Source: Cyanophora paradoxa CCMP329 (taxonomy: Eukaryota; Plantae; Glaucophyta). Taken from it: a stretch of DNA of 64,000 nt. Both the position numbers and the translations under genes were made by a program. The notes under the pieces were generated by a model. That model was not told the origin of the DNA, searched no databases, and saw only the letters and a list, made by a program, of their open reading frames with translations. The stretch lies in the NCBI GenBank assembly GCA_004431415.1, contig QPMI01000033.1, forward strand, positions 1 through 64,000. Direction: 5' to 3'. Below, in pieces: positions 47,437 to 60,458 of the stretch (the stretch's first letter is position 1; each line of letters starts with the position of its first letter).

Positions 47437-48965
47437 ATGGCCGCCTGGATCGACCTTCCAGACGCGATTCTTGGGGCTATTTTCGCGGCGCTGGGGCAGG
47501 GCGCCGATGCGGCCAACCTCGCGCTGTGCTGCAAGCGCAATGCCGACGTGTGGAGGAGCGCGATGTGGGATGAGGTCTCTATCGACTGCTCGCGCGGCTC
47601 TAGCCTGCGGTCGTACAAGCGCTACCTCGGAACATCTTCAGGCGGCTGCCCGCGCTCGCTTCACCTCGCAGTGCCGTGGCTCGTGGCGAACGACTTCCGC
47701 TGGAGTGAGCTTTCGCGGGTCGGGCATGCCGTGTGCTCCGCCGCGCAGCGCGCCGGGAGCCGCGGACCGGAGGAGATACGCGTCCGCCTGAAACACCTCA
47801 ACCCTTTCTCAGCGTTCTTGTCGAGGAGGGTGTCCGCGCTGCTCGCCTTGCTGGCATCGCAGGGCGGTTTAAGGAGGCTCGTCCTCCGCGCGCCGGAGGG
47901 CCCGGGGGCGGAACCCGCACTGGCCACGGTCTTCGCCTCGGGGCTCGTGGACCGCGCCGCCCCCGGAAGCCTTGCCGAGCTGGAGGATCTGGACACCGCA
48001 GGGGCCTTCTGGTTTGACGCGGACTCCGCGGGAATCGTAGGGGCGGCGGCCCCCGCGCTCGTCTCCCTGCGCGCGTCCGCGGGGCCCTGGGGGGGCGGGG
48101 CGGAGCTCCCCGGCCGCCCCGGCGTGCGCGTCTACCCCGACGACCTCCTCGGGGCCTTCGCGGGGCGCGAGCTCCGCGCGCTCTGGACGTCCCCGTCCTC
48201 GGCGCGCGACGGCCGCGCCCTCGTGCGCCTCGGGGCAGGCCTCGCCGAGGTGGCGGTGGCGGGCGGCCCCTGGGCCAGGAGCCTGGGGGCCTCGGGGCGG
48301 GGCTGTGCGCGGACGCTGGGGCGCTGGGGGCCATCGGGCGGCTCGAGGGCCTGGAGGAGCTCGACGTGGCGGTGCGCCCCGAGGACGCCGCCGCCCTCGC
48401 CGCCCTCGCCCCGCGCCTCCCGCGCCTCCGCTCCCTCGCCCTCTACGACCTCGGGCCCGCCGCCGCCCCCGCCGCGGCCCAGCCCCCGGGCGCCCTCCTG
48501 CGCGCCCTCGCCGCCCTCGCCGGGTCGGGGGCCCGCCCCCGGGGCCTCGAGTCGCTGCGGGCGGCCGTCCCCAACGCGTCGTGGGACGGGGCGGCCGCCG
48601 CGGAGCTCCTGCGCAGCCGCGGGGCGGCGGCGCTCGAGCTCCGCCTCGAGCACCGCGGGGAGGCCGTCCACCGGCTCGTCCCCGAGCTCGCCGGCGCCCT
48701 CGCCGAGGCGGCCGCCGGCCCCGCCCCGAGGCTCGCCGCCGCCTCCCTCGCCCTCCTCGCCGCCTCCCAGGACGACGCGCGCGCCCTCGAGTCGCTCGCC
48801 GCGGCTCTGCGCGAGCTCGAGGCGCCCCGCCCGCCCGCGCCCGCCGCCCGCCGCCCCGCCCTCGACATCCTCGTCCGCGCCGCGGACCCGGAGCTCGCCC
48901 CCTCGCTCTGCCTGATCGTCTGGCCCAACTGGGTTCGCATACGCCTCTCGAGCCCCGAACCCTGA
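47437..48965 (+). CDS. Intronless F-box / leucine-rich-repeat-like protein (one frameshift near the C-run at 48267-48270)
   Basis: N-terminal WIDLPDAILGAIFAAL..LALCCK F-box motif, then LxxLxL repeats (LRRLVL, LEDLD, LEELDV, LRSLAL). Confidence 0.7.
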
Positions 48966-49362
48966 TCGGTCGGACAGGGTCCCGCCGCCTCGCCCCTCCT
49001 TCCCTATCCTAGCTTTCAGGGTCGTCATGAGGTTTACTAGTGGTGCAATTGAGAGATCGGAACTGAACGGATGATCTGCGGTATCGCTGTAAACTATGTT
49101 AACATTGGGGCCGCGGCCCGGCCCAACAGCTAATCTAAATCATATGCCTAATTTGTGCTGGGCCGGGGCCGCCCATCCAGCCTTGTTCCTAGTCTAGAGT
49201 CCCAGCGCCCGCGCCTAGACCTGCAGGCGCGCGCGAGGTGAGTCGCGATCGACGTCCCTCCTCCTGTAAGCGAGTCGCCGGTTCTGCTAGGGGGCTAGCC
49301 TGAGCGTTCGGGGTGGGCTCACCTGCTCGACCGGGCGGTACGCTTTACACGAGCGGCTCGGC

Positions 49363-51350
49363 TTCAGCGCGGGCCGATCAGGGGGCGGGGCACGCAGAGG
49401 AGAGGCGGGCAGGCGCACCGCCCCCGCTCTTGCGGACGGCGGGCAGGCCGTTGCCGGCGTGGGAGGAGGTGGAGGGGATGGCGGTCAGCTGCAGGGCCGC
49501 CGAGACGGGCGGGTCGTGGTGCAGGGCCGACATCTGAGGCCGGCCCCGGGGGCCTCAGCGCATCCCCGCCCGGGCCGGAGAGGGGCGGCGGGGCGCACGG
49601 CGTTGCTGCGGGAGAGCTCGAGGGCCCGCACGTAGTGCTCCTCGTGCACCTGCCGCCCGCGTCAGCACCGGCGGCGGCGCCGGCCGAGAGGGGCGGGGCG
49701 GGCCTTCTGCCAGCGCCAGGAGACGGCGCCCATGACCGCCCCGACGACGGCGCCCACCAGAACGTCCTCCACTGCGCCCAGCGGTCGGCGCAGGAACGGG
49801 CGCTGGCCGGGGCAAGGCGGGGCGGGCCGTGGTGGCGGGAGTCGCGGAGGCGGGAGGCGGCTATGAAGAAGGCCCCAAGGACGAGGGTCAGGGAGAGGAT
49901 CGAGCGCCAGACGTGCGGAAGGTGCCCCGCGTTCTGCCCGCACGCCCCTCAGCGCTCCACTCGCCGCTTGGGAGGAAGGGGGGGAGTGGCGCGGGGAGGG
50001 GTTAGGGAAGCGGGGGGGGGGGGGGGGGGGGGGGGGGGAGCCTGCGCGCCAGCTTGCGGACGACCTCGAAGAGGACCGAGTGGAAGAAGAGGCTGCGGGG
50101 GCGCCGGCTGAGCGGGCCGCGGGGCAGGCGAGGCGAGGCGGGGCGGGCGGGGCGCACGCGACGTAGACCGCGATGGTGAAGGCCGACGAGGTGTGCCCGC
50201 TGAAGAAGCCTGCGGGCAGCGAGGCTGACCGGCGCGCCACCTCGGCAGAGCGGCCCGGGGCGCACTCTTGCGGCCCTCGGTGATGACCTTCTTGTCCCCC
50301 AGGCACTGCGCTCGCAACCGTCGGGGGGGGGCGGGGGGGGGGGGGGCGGCGGGGCGGGCGGCACGTCGGCAGTGGTGAGGTACGGGCGGCCCGAGGCAGG
50401 CGCGGCCTTAAGAAAGGCTACAGCCGCCGGGTCACTAGGCGGGAAGCAGCGCTCCAGAAAGTCTGCGCGACGCTCGCTCGGGCCGGCTCGGGGCGCGGCG
50501 CGGCGAGCGGAGGGCGCGCGCCTGGGCGCAGCCGGCCGGCGGTCATCTTGACGATCTGCGGCGCGGCGGGGCGCCGGGCGGCGCGGCGTTGGCAAGCGGG
50601 GGGCGCTGGGGCCGCGCAGCTCTCGCACCTCGGTGAGAATGACGGTGGAGATGATCGCCAGCGCCAGCCCGTACGTCCAGACGTACGTGTAGTACAGGGC
50701 GCCCCCGATGTTGAGCTTGCGCCCGTTGGAGAACCCGCAGGGACCAAAGCTTGCCTGCGCGGCGCGGCGCGGGGGCTCGTCCGGAGGCGCCCCGCACGCT
50801 GCAAACCGCCGCACCTCGTGCACAAAGAAGAAGATGATTGCTGCGAGCCGGTTAAGAGCTGACGCGCGGTGCCGGACAAGCGCATTGGAACGCACGTATG
50901 AAAATGCCTCTACAAAGGCATCGGAAGGGAGTGCGGTATGTGTTAAGCAGGGCACGCCTGATCAGGGGATAATAACACATACGGGATAATAACAGCGGCA
51001 TCTGTGAAGGCAAAAGTGGGCAGTCTGAGTAAATCAAAGCATCCTCGATTCTCAAGCGAGCACGCACAGTGAACGCTGTCGTCCACGTGTTCGCCCATGT
51101 AGCGCGGGTCATCCCACCGGAATCTCCGTTCTGGCAAACTGCATGCAACGCTCAGCTTGTAGTAGCTAAGGCGGCTAGATGTCATGTCGCACTTGATCTT
51201 TTCAAAGGCGAGCATGCCGATGAGGATCACAGCCAGAAGCAGGAGCTGCAGAAGATTAGCTGGGCGGCGCGCAGCACCCGCGCGGCCGCGTCGCACCCAG
51301 TTCGGCAGGTGCTTAGTAAATGCTTTGGATGCACCGCCCTCCATCATCAT
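49363..51350 (-). CDS. PAP2-family lipid phosphate phosphatase (3' end approximate)
   Basis: C1 KMTAGRLRP-DFLERC, C2 EGRKS-FFSGHTS, C3 SRLRDSRHHVEDVLVG; multiple TM segments. Confidence 0.9.
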
Positions 51351-51707
51351 TCAGCTGGCCGGCGGCTGCTAGCTGGGCGGTGAGCCTCGGAGGGTGTACC
51401 GATTCACGGTGTCTCGCACCGACGTAATCGCTGCAGTTGGTGCGTCTACGCTTCCGGATAACGCTGCGAGGGCAACGGGGCTCTACGGCGCAGTGGTTTT
51501 CGCTTTGTGGGGGGTACTGACACCCGGGGTCGCCCGCCAAACTCGAAGGGGCCACTCGGCAAGCAGCGGTGGCTTGCGTCAGGCGCAGCGCAATAGACGC
51601 ACTGCAGCCGCCGCCTGAGCGCCCTCACTGATTCCCGACTACACGTGCCGGCTCAGCCATCTGTACGGACATCGTCATTGTCGCCGCATCGGCGCTCTAA
51701 TCCGGAA

Positions 51708-54575
51708 ATGACGACTCAAGCGGGCGTGGACCACGGGGAGGTCCTGAACAACTTCATCATGGTCACTGGGTGCGAGGACACCGACCAAGCACTGCAGATC
51801 TTGCAGGTTTGCCCAACTACGCGCCAGCGCTCGCGCCTTGCGTGCCCACACTGCGCGCCAGATCTGCGACTGGAACATGGAGAATGCCGTGAACATGTTC
51901 TTCGAGGGCGGCATTCACGGCGGGGGCGGCAGGCCCAGTGCCGGTCGCGCCGCAGACGAGTGCGCAGCATACACAGCCTGCACGGGCGCTGCGCTTGCCG
52001 GTTGTCGTGTGACGCGAGCACGTACGCAGGGACATGCCGTACATTCCCCCTGAGGAAGATGTGCGGGCGCCCATCCCGGCCACCGAAGGTGTCCTTGTCG
52101 ACCACGGATTCGGTTCAGGCGAGTGTTTGGTTGCGCCGCACCGCCGCCGCCGCTGAGTGCCGCGCAGACGCATACTACCGCAACTACCGCAATCCTGCGC
52201 CGCAGGTGCGCTCGACCTTGCCAGGACGCGCTCAGTGTCGGTCCGAGCTGCCGCTATCGTGCCGCACGAGCGCTTACCTTGTTGCCAATCGCAGCCTATC
52301 GTTGACGCCTTCCGCGATTTCCGCCGCGAGGCCGAAGAGCGGTCGGCTGCCGCAGGTCCGCGCTTCCGCGCCGAATGCTCGCGGCACCTTCGCAGCCTTC
52401 ATTGAATGTCTTCCACCAGGGCATCCACCTCCGAGCTCGAGCGTGGGCCCCATCGCCGGCATCCCCGCCACCCTCGGAATATCGCCCAGCGCCTCGCCTC
52501 CGCCTCGTGTCGACACCGGTGAGGCCAGCGCGTTTTCCCCCTAGGCGCGCGTCACACCGTGCGCAGGGCTCCCAATCGACCCGCTGACGGGCCTCCCGCT
52601 GCCGCCGCGGAGCCGGGCGGCGGGCGGGGGCCTGCAGGACCTCTTCAGGGCGCCGACGGAGATCATGTTCGCGGGCAACTTCATGCAGGCGAAGGCGCAG
52701 GCCCTCTCCGAGAAGCGCTGGCTCCTCGTCAACATCCAGGCGCGGGCCACGGGGGGCGGCGGGGCGGCCCCCGGCGGCGCGTGGGGCTCACGGGGCCGGC
52801 AGAGCGAGTCGGAGTTCGCGTCGCACCAGCTGAACCGCGACGTCTGGGCCAACCCGGGCATCCAGCAGCTCGTCTCCAACCACTTCGTCTTCATGCAGGC
52901 GCCCCGCCCCCCGCCCCGGCCCGCGCCCCGCCCCCCGAGCCGCCCCCCGCAGAAGTCCAGCTCGGAGGACGACGGCCAGCGCTTCCTCACCTTCTACAAG
53001 GCGAGCCTCCACGGCTAGGCCCTGGGGCCGGCGCGGCTGACGTGCGGGGCAGAACCTGCAGCTGCCGTGCATCTGCATCATCGACCCGCGGACGGGGCAG
53101 CTGGTGGAGCACTGGGACGGCTTCGTGGACGCCGAGGAGCTCAACGAGCACCGTGCGCTGCCCGCTGGGCCCTCGTCCCGCCCCCGCCGCCGCGAGCCCC
53201 GCGCCTCGCAGTCCAGCACTTCCTCGCCCACTCCCCGGCCCTCACCGAGGCCGAGCCGCCCCCGCCGCCCAAGAAGAGCCGCGTGCGCTGCGCTGCGCTG
53301 CGCCCCCCGACCGGCCGCGCCGCGCCCCTCACGCTGGCGGCAGGCTCGGGAAGAGCTGACGGAGGAGGAGCAGGCGCGGCGGGCGGGGCGGGGCGGCTCG
53401 CGGCGCTCGTCTGACGAGCGGCGCAGGTGGCAATGGCGATCGCGCAGTCCCTTGGGCAGAGCTACGAGCCCCCCGAGCGGGCCCCCGAGGGTGCCCCCGC
53501 CCCCGCTCCCCCGGCCCTGCTCTCTCGCCCTCTCACTCCCTCTCAGAGACGCGCGCTCGCTCCGGGCCCAGCTCTCGCAGCGTCAGCGAAAGGTACTGGC
53601 CTACGCGCTCCACGCTCCGGACGCGCCGCCCTGACAAGGCCTCCGCAGCGGCCCCTCGGGCGGCGGCGGCGGCCCGCGCTTCACCGAGGAGCGGTGCGTT
53701 TGTCGGAGACGGCGGCGCGCCCTCGGCGGTTCACGGTGGCGGGCAGGGCGATCCGTCGGCAGCAGGACATGGAGTACGAGGAGAGCCTGCGGCAGGACCA
53801 GGAGAAGGCGCGCGCCTCGCCCCGCATCGCCCCGCCTCGCCTCACGCGCCTTCGCAGGAGCTCGAGAAGGTCCTGCGCCTCTCTAAAGAGGAGGCCCGCC
53901 CCGCCACGCCCCGCCCCGCCCCGCCCGCTCTCGCTCATCCCGCCTCCCTCGCAGGCCGAGAAGCGGGAGGCGGAGGAAGCGGAGCGGTACCCCCAGCCCC
54001 TCGCTCTCGGTTGCGCCTGCCGCGCCGCCCGGCGACGCCGCCGCGCAGGCAGCTCGCGGAGCAGGCGAAGGCGGCGGCCGCGGCCGCCGAGGCCGCCGCG
54101 GAGCGCAAGCGCCGTCTGCTGGCCTCCCTGCCCTCTGAGCCGCCGGCCACGGACAAGGGCGCCACCCGCCTGATGGTGCCTTCCGCGCACGCGCCCATGC
54201 CATCACCCGTCGCCGAGGGCGCCCCCCGCAGATCCGGATGCCGGACGGGAGCCGGGTGCAGAGGCGGTTCAACCCGACGGACCGGCTGCAGGCGCGGGGG
54301 CGGGGCGGGGAGGGTGCCTCGCGGGGCGGGCGCTGAGGGCGGGCCCCTGCAGGTCCTCTTCGACTTCGTGGAGGGGTCCGTGGAGGAGGACTTTGCCGGC
54401 CTCGAGATCGTCACCCTGCAGGTCCCGCCCCGCCCCCGCCCCGCCCGCCCCGCCCCCCCCCCCCCCTCCCGCCGAGGCCCCGCCGCAGCCGCGCAAGACG
54501 TACGACGACCCCGCCGCGACCTTTCTCGACTCGGGCCTCCACCCGCAGGCCGCCGTCGTCGTCAACAGGAAGTAG
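51708..54575 (+). CDS. UBX-domain p97/Cdc48 cofactor (UBA-UAS-UIM-coiled coil-UBX; UBXN7/PUX7-like)
   Basis: FIMVTG..WNMENAVNMFF; KRWLLVNIQ-SESEFASHQLNRDVW; EEEQVAMAIAQSL; IRMPDGSRVQRRF..DSGLHP. Confidence 0.9.
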
Positions 54576-55025
54576 GCCGCCCCGCCACGCTTCGGGGGCG
54601 GCTGCGGAGCCCCCGGGTTGCTGCTTCCGGAGCGCCGCGTATCTCCCCATGGCCACGTCCTTGCGTGAATTGAATCGAACGCGCGAACTTCGAGCCGGCC
54701 CTCGGGATTGGAGCCTGCAATTCGTTTGCAGAGCGGGCGCTGGCACTTTCTTAGCAAGCAGGCGCCGCTCAGCGGGACAGCCCACGTGCACGGGGCCGGC
54801 GGAGAGGGGCATGCAGAAAAAAGCCGATGGGACCCTAAACAAGGAAAGGTCGACAGCAAGAGCGAGAACAGAGGGTGGGGCAGGTGGGGTCCGGGTGGAG
54901 TTGGGTAGGGCGGCGGGGACAAGGTTTAAAACGCGGCTGAAGCTCGACAGAGAGAGCGCCAAGAAGCAAAGCCTCCGATGCGGGACGGGAAGTGAGGCAG
55001 GAGGAGGACGAGGAAGGAGGATGCG

Positions 55026-56467
55026 TCACGAGGAGCGGACGGCCTTCGTGAGGACGGGGGCAAGAACGACAACGATCACGATGAGGAGGCAGACGATAAT
55101 GCAGCAGAGTTTCTGCGCCAGAGCCGTGAGGAGGAGATTGCGGACGGGAGTGCCCGGCGGGGCAAGGCGCACCTTGTGGGACGAAATCTGGTACTTGCGG
55201 GCCTGGTGCAGCTCGCTGACACCCTTCGCTGTGTACGCCGCGCTCTTGTTCACGTTCGCCTGGCGCGGCGCCGTCAGCGGGGGCTGCGGAGGTACAGGGC
55301 TCCACGGGGGTACCTCGATGACGTCGAGGAGCTCGCCCTGGCTCTCGACGAGGACCGCCATGTCCTTGAAGAGCTGGAGCGCGGACTCAGGCCCGGGACG
55401 CCGCCAGGGCCACGCGCGGGGAGCACCTGAGAGAGCTCCTCGATGTTTTTCTCGAGCCGGACGATGTCCCTGTGCCGCTCCTGCGCGCCGCCGTGAGATG
55501 GGAAGATCCGAACAAGGGCGGCACGCGCCTGAATGTCGGCCAGCGCGTTCTTGGCGAGCGCGTGGCCCTTCGTCAGCATGCCCGTCGCGAAGATCTGCGC
55601 GCTGTCCCCTTCCTCCACAGCCTTCTCGATTTCCTCTTGCGACGCGTTCGGGTTCACTGGTGAGGGGCGGTCAGGAGGTCGCCAAGAAGGAAGACCGGAG
55701 AAAATGAAAACGAAAAAGAAAAGCCACGAACCGATCTTGACTTGGCGCGCAACCGTCTCGCGAATCTTGTTCTTGTACTTGCTCTGCATCTCCTCAAATT
55801 CTCGCAGCAGGTCGAGGTACTTGCGCGTGAGGGTGCCGTGCATGTTTGTCCGGATGCGAGTTTCTGAAGTCATACCCTCTGATTTGCTCTTCTTCTTGTT
55901 CTCATCGTTCAGGGCCTTAAGCTTTGCGCCGATATCGTGGAACATCTCGCTTGTTGCGTCGACAATCTCCTCCAGCTGCTTCCCAATCTCTGCGTGGACA
56001 CAGGGGCGATGAGCGCACACGAACGACGCAGCTGCACTCTCGAAGCTGAAGAGCGCGCGCGCACTTTCTTTCTGCTCTGTGCTGATAGCGGTGAGCGCTT
56101 TGCTCTGCTTCTCGCTGACCTCCTCCATGTTTTTCCGGATCTTGCTCATCGTCGCTTTGATCTTTCCAACATCCTCGAAGAAGTCCGACATGAATCCCTC
56201 GCCCTGCTCGCCTCCGCCGCTCCCGCCGCCGCCGCCCTGGAGCTCGACATCGTCGAGGTCCGCCTCGTCGGCCCTGTCGCCCTACGCGCGCGGCGTAAGG
56301 CGTTTGAACGAGCGATGCACGTAGGGCGCGTCGACTAGAAACACGCGGGACGTTCCGGAGGCAGCCGGAACCAGATCGAAAGTTCACACAACGCCCGGCG
56401 GGAACGGCAGAGGTGACATTCCATCGCGCATGCAGCTCACCTTGAGATCCTTTAGCCTGTCCTTCAT
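55026..56467 (-). CDS. Syntaxin-1/SYP1-type Qa-SNARE
   Basis: [69 protein letters not shown]; C-terminal TM. Confidence 0.95.
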
Positions 56468-56777
56468 CGCTTCGGCTCCCGTCCGTCAAGCGCCGGGGCA
56501 GTCGTTGACTCGATGCTGCAAAGCGAATGGGACAGGCTTGCTGCGATGGAAGCTTCTTCTGCGCTGCCTGCCGTTGTTCGAGCTTCCTCTCCTCTCCTGT
56601 TCTCCCTCCGCTTTGCTCCAATGCTCTTGTAGGGGGGGTACCGCTGAAGAAGGGGGCTACCGCTGTAAACCGTCCCCGCACCAGCTTCGCTCGTTGTTCA
56701 TCGGCGTGGGTTCGGCGAGCAGCATGGCAAACTCTAGCCACCCGCCCCTGCACAGGAGCCCCTCCCTGCGCGGTGCG

Positions 56778-58811
56778 ATGGAGCGTACGCTCGCGCGCGG
56801 CCGCCCCTCACGCCCGCGGACGCGCAGAGGTTGACAGTTATCAAATCAAGCTTATATCGGGTTCGTCGGAGCGCGTGCACCCCGAACCGATCGCTTAGCT
56901 GTTTCTGCTGCGCCCCGAGCCCCGATCGCTTAGCTGCACCACTTCAAAACGTTGCCCCCTTAGCTCATGCAGCTTTCCTGACCCGCACGCAGGCAATGCG
57001 CACCCCGCGCTGGCGAACGAGATCGCGGCCTACATGCGGTTCGCGGTTATCTGGCCCCACGACCCCCGAACTGCGTCTCTGATCGCCTACAGGCTGCCGC
57101 TAACGCGGGCGACTGCGGGGCGCTTCAGCGACGGCGAGGTGCGCACCAAATCCGCAACCGTATCGCCGTATCGAGCCGCCACGCTGAAGGGCCCGGTTCT
57201 TGCAGATCCGAGTCCAGATCGACGAGAACGTTCGAGGTACGCGATTCGATCGCTACCTTCCGCCGCGTCCTTCCACCCGCAAGACGCTGTGCTGATCATC
57301 GGTCGGACGCAGGCGCGGATGTCTTCGTCATCCAGGTGACCAGCAGGCAGCGCTATGGCTCTAAGCTCCAACATTCTCTTCGGCCGCTCTGACAGCGCGC
57401 ACGTGCAGCCCACCTGCAAGCCCACGAACGACAACTTGATGGTAAGCGCCCCGACAATTTTCGGCGTTTCTGATGGGGTCGTCGTCTCACGTCCTCGCCA
57501 CAGGAGCTGCTTATTCTGCTCGATGCCCTCAAGCGGTCATCTGCCCGCCGCATCACAGCTGTTATCCCGTGCGCCGCTTCGTGCCGGCCGATAGTCGTGC
57601 TCTCACGCTGCCTCCCAAGGTACTACGGCTACGCCCGGCAGGACAGGAAGACGCAGTCGCGCGCTCCGATCACTTCGAAGTTGGTAGCGGACCTGATCAC
57701 TCAGGTCCGATCCCTTTTCGTTTCTTTTTTTCGAACGTCCTGAGTCTCTCTTCCTGCAGGCGGGCGCCCAGCGGGTGCTCACCATGGAGCTGCATGCTGG
57801 TCAGATTCAGGTGCGGGGCCCCCGATCGAGCTCGAGCGGGCACGAGGGCGGGGCCGGGGGCCGAGCCCCCCCGCAGGGCTTCTTCAACATCCCCGTGGAC
57901 CACCTCTTCTCGGGGTCCGTTCTCGCCGACTACTTTCTCACCAAGTGCCTCGAAAGGACCTGCGTCGTGCGTTCCGCCCCCCGCCGCCTCCGCCCCGCCC
58001 CGCGCCCGCCCGCCGGCGCTCCTCACTGTAGGGGCAGGTCTCGCCCGACGCCGGCGGCATCGAGCGGGCGCGCATCCTCGCGAAGAAGCTCAACGCCGGC
58101 CTCGCGGCCATCGACAAGCGGCGCGACAAGCCGAACCAGGTGCCTGCGCCCGGGCCGCGCGCGCCGCGGCGGGGGCGGAGGGGCCGACGCGGGCCGGCCG
58201 TGGGCGCAGGCGACGGCGATGCACCTGGTGGGGGACGTGCGCAACAGGGACTGCATCATCTTCGACGACATGATCGACACCGCCGGCACCATCGTCGAGT
58301 GCGTCCACACCCTCAAGAACGCCGTGCGCCCCGCCCCGCCCCTCGCCCCTCGCCCCTCGCCCCTCCCCCGCGCCCCTGGCCCGACCTGCTCGCCGCGCGG
58401 CTCGCCAGGGGGCGCTGCGGGTCTTCGCGTGCGCGACGCACGGCGTGCTCTCCGGCCCCGCCATCGACCGCCTTCGCTCCATCCCCCTCGAGGAGGTGCC
58501 CGGGGCGCGCCCCGCGGGGCCCCCACGGCCGACCCCCGCCCGCCCGCCCGCCCGCGCAGATCGTCATCACGAACACAATCCCGCTGCCGGGGGACAAGCA
58601 CCTGCCCAACCTGGTGGTGCGCGGCGCCCTCGCGCGGCGCCCCCTGCGTGTGCGGGGCCGACCTCGGGCGCCGGGGCGCCGCGCCGCGCAGATCCTCTCG
58701 ATAGGGGAGATCATGGCGAACGCGATCGCGAGGATCCACGCCGACGAGTCCCTGCTCGAGGCGGAGCCCTGGCCCGTCTGGAACATGTCGAAACTCTGCT
58801 CTTCCGCATAG
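56778..58811 (+). CDS. PRS: Ribose-phosphate pyrophosphokinase (class I PRPP synthetase)
   Basis: [71 protein letters not shown]. Confidence 0.97.
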
Positions 58812-59199
58812 CCCCCGCGGCACCCGCGTCGGCGTCGGCGTCGCTCCCTGCAGCACTACTAGGCTACTAGGCTAGCTGGTGCAGCCTGTGCACGTGCCGA
58901 GATGAGATGGGCCGCTCGCAAATGTACATTCGATATGCATTCATGGCCATGGCCGGCGCCGTGCGCGTGGCTCACGAGCATGCATAGTCAGTTTCGAATT
59001 CAGTGATCGATCGCGATGAGCGGGTTGCCTCCCAAGTTGGCGAGATGCGAAAGCTTCAAGTTCTGAGTTCGAATTCTTTCGAAACGTTAATTATAACCCC
59101 CATGGCCGGGCGCCAGCTGCAGGCGATCACGTCCGGTCCGACGGTCATGATCATGCCATGATCATGATGCACACACTGTGATACGCCGGCGCCGCGGCG

Positions 59200-60213
59200 C
59201 CTATATAGGCTACGTACCACGCTACGAAACGCGCCTACTATGGAATGTGGAATCTGCCTTCTGATGTATATTTTTGCAAGAATGCAAAGCATTTCGAGGG
59301 CGCGAATTGAGGGGATCTGCTCTAGAGTGAAGGTCCTGTATTCTGCAAGATGGCGAGCGCTCTGGAGGCTACAGTACGCGTCTTCGGGTGAACGGAGGCA
59401 ATGCAGGCGGACAGGGGTCGGGGTCTCGGGAGGAAAGGGCTCGCGCTGGCGCGAGTCGATGCAAGTACGAGCACGGGCGGGGCGGCGCGGGGCAAAAAGA
59501 GGCGGGGAGAAGCGGGCTGCGTCAGCGGACCCAGGAGGGGACGGGCCGGCGCGGGGCGCGGGCGGATTGGCTCCAGTCCTCGCCCTCCCCCTCGCTCCCT
59601 TCGGCCTCGCCGCGGGAGCTCTCGCCGGGGGCCCCCGGCCCCGTCTGCGTCCCGATACCGGGCGCCGGCACCACCGTCACGCCCCCGACGGGCGACTCGG
59701 ACACCGTCTCCCCCCCGGTGCCGCCGCGCCCCCGCCCGCCCTCCCGCCGCGCCCGTGACGCCCCGCAGACGGGGCCGGGGGCCCCCGGCGAGAGCTCCCG
59801 CGGCGAGGCCGAAGGGAGCGAGGGGGAGGGCGAGGACTGGAGCCAATCCGCCCGCGCCCCGCGCCGGCCCGTCCCCTCCTGGGTCCGCTGACGCAGCCCG
59901 CTTCTCCCCGCCTCTTTTTGCCCCGCGCCGCCCCGCCCGTGCTCGTACTTGCATCGACTCGCGCCAGCGCGAGCCCTTTCCTCCCGAGACCCCGACCCCT
60001 GTCCGCCTGCATTGCCTCCGTTCACCCGAAGACGCGTACTGTAGCCTCCAGAGCGCTCGCCATCTTGCAGAATACAGGACCTTCACTCTAGAGCAGATCC
60101 CCTCAATTCGCGCCCTCGAAATGCTTTGCATTCTTGCAAAAATATACATCAGAAGGCAGATTCCACATTCCATAGTAGGCGCGTTTCGTAGCGTGGTACG
60201 TAGCCTATATAGG
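59200..60213. repeat. Long inverted repeat (fold-back): arms 59200-59649 and 59764-60213, 114-bp spacer
   Basis: The arms are reverse complements with no mismatch seen by eye; both outer ends are the self-palindrome CCTATATAGG. Confidence 0.95.
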
Positions 60214-60458
60214 TGGGCCTTTGTGAAGCGTTGAGCTCTCGAGCTTGCCCCTTCGCTGTCAATGCATTGTTAACCCTCGGAGGTTGCATGAGTCACGCGT
60301 CGCGGAGGTTTGGGTGTTATATTGCGATCAGGTACACGCTGCACTAACAGGGGGGCTAGCACTAACCGACGCGGGGAGTAACAGCCGGTGTACCCCTCGG
60401 GGGGCCTCCCGGCCTCTAACGATGCTCAGGCTCTAACTGAATGCTGTACCCCCCGCTG

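Noticed and set aside
49105-49176. Imperfect GC-rich inverted repeat as a MITE
   Set aside because: Short, mismatched, no TSD and no clear second copy in the window.
59650-59763. Sequencing-adapter fold-back artefact
   Set aside because: The spacer is genomic-looking, with an intron signature, and is not adapter sequence. Read-level confirmation is still needed.
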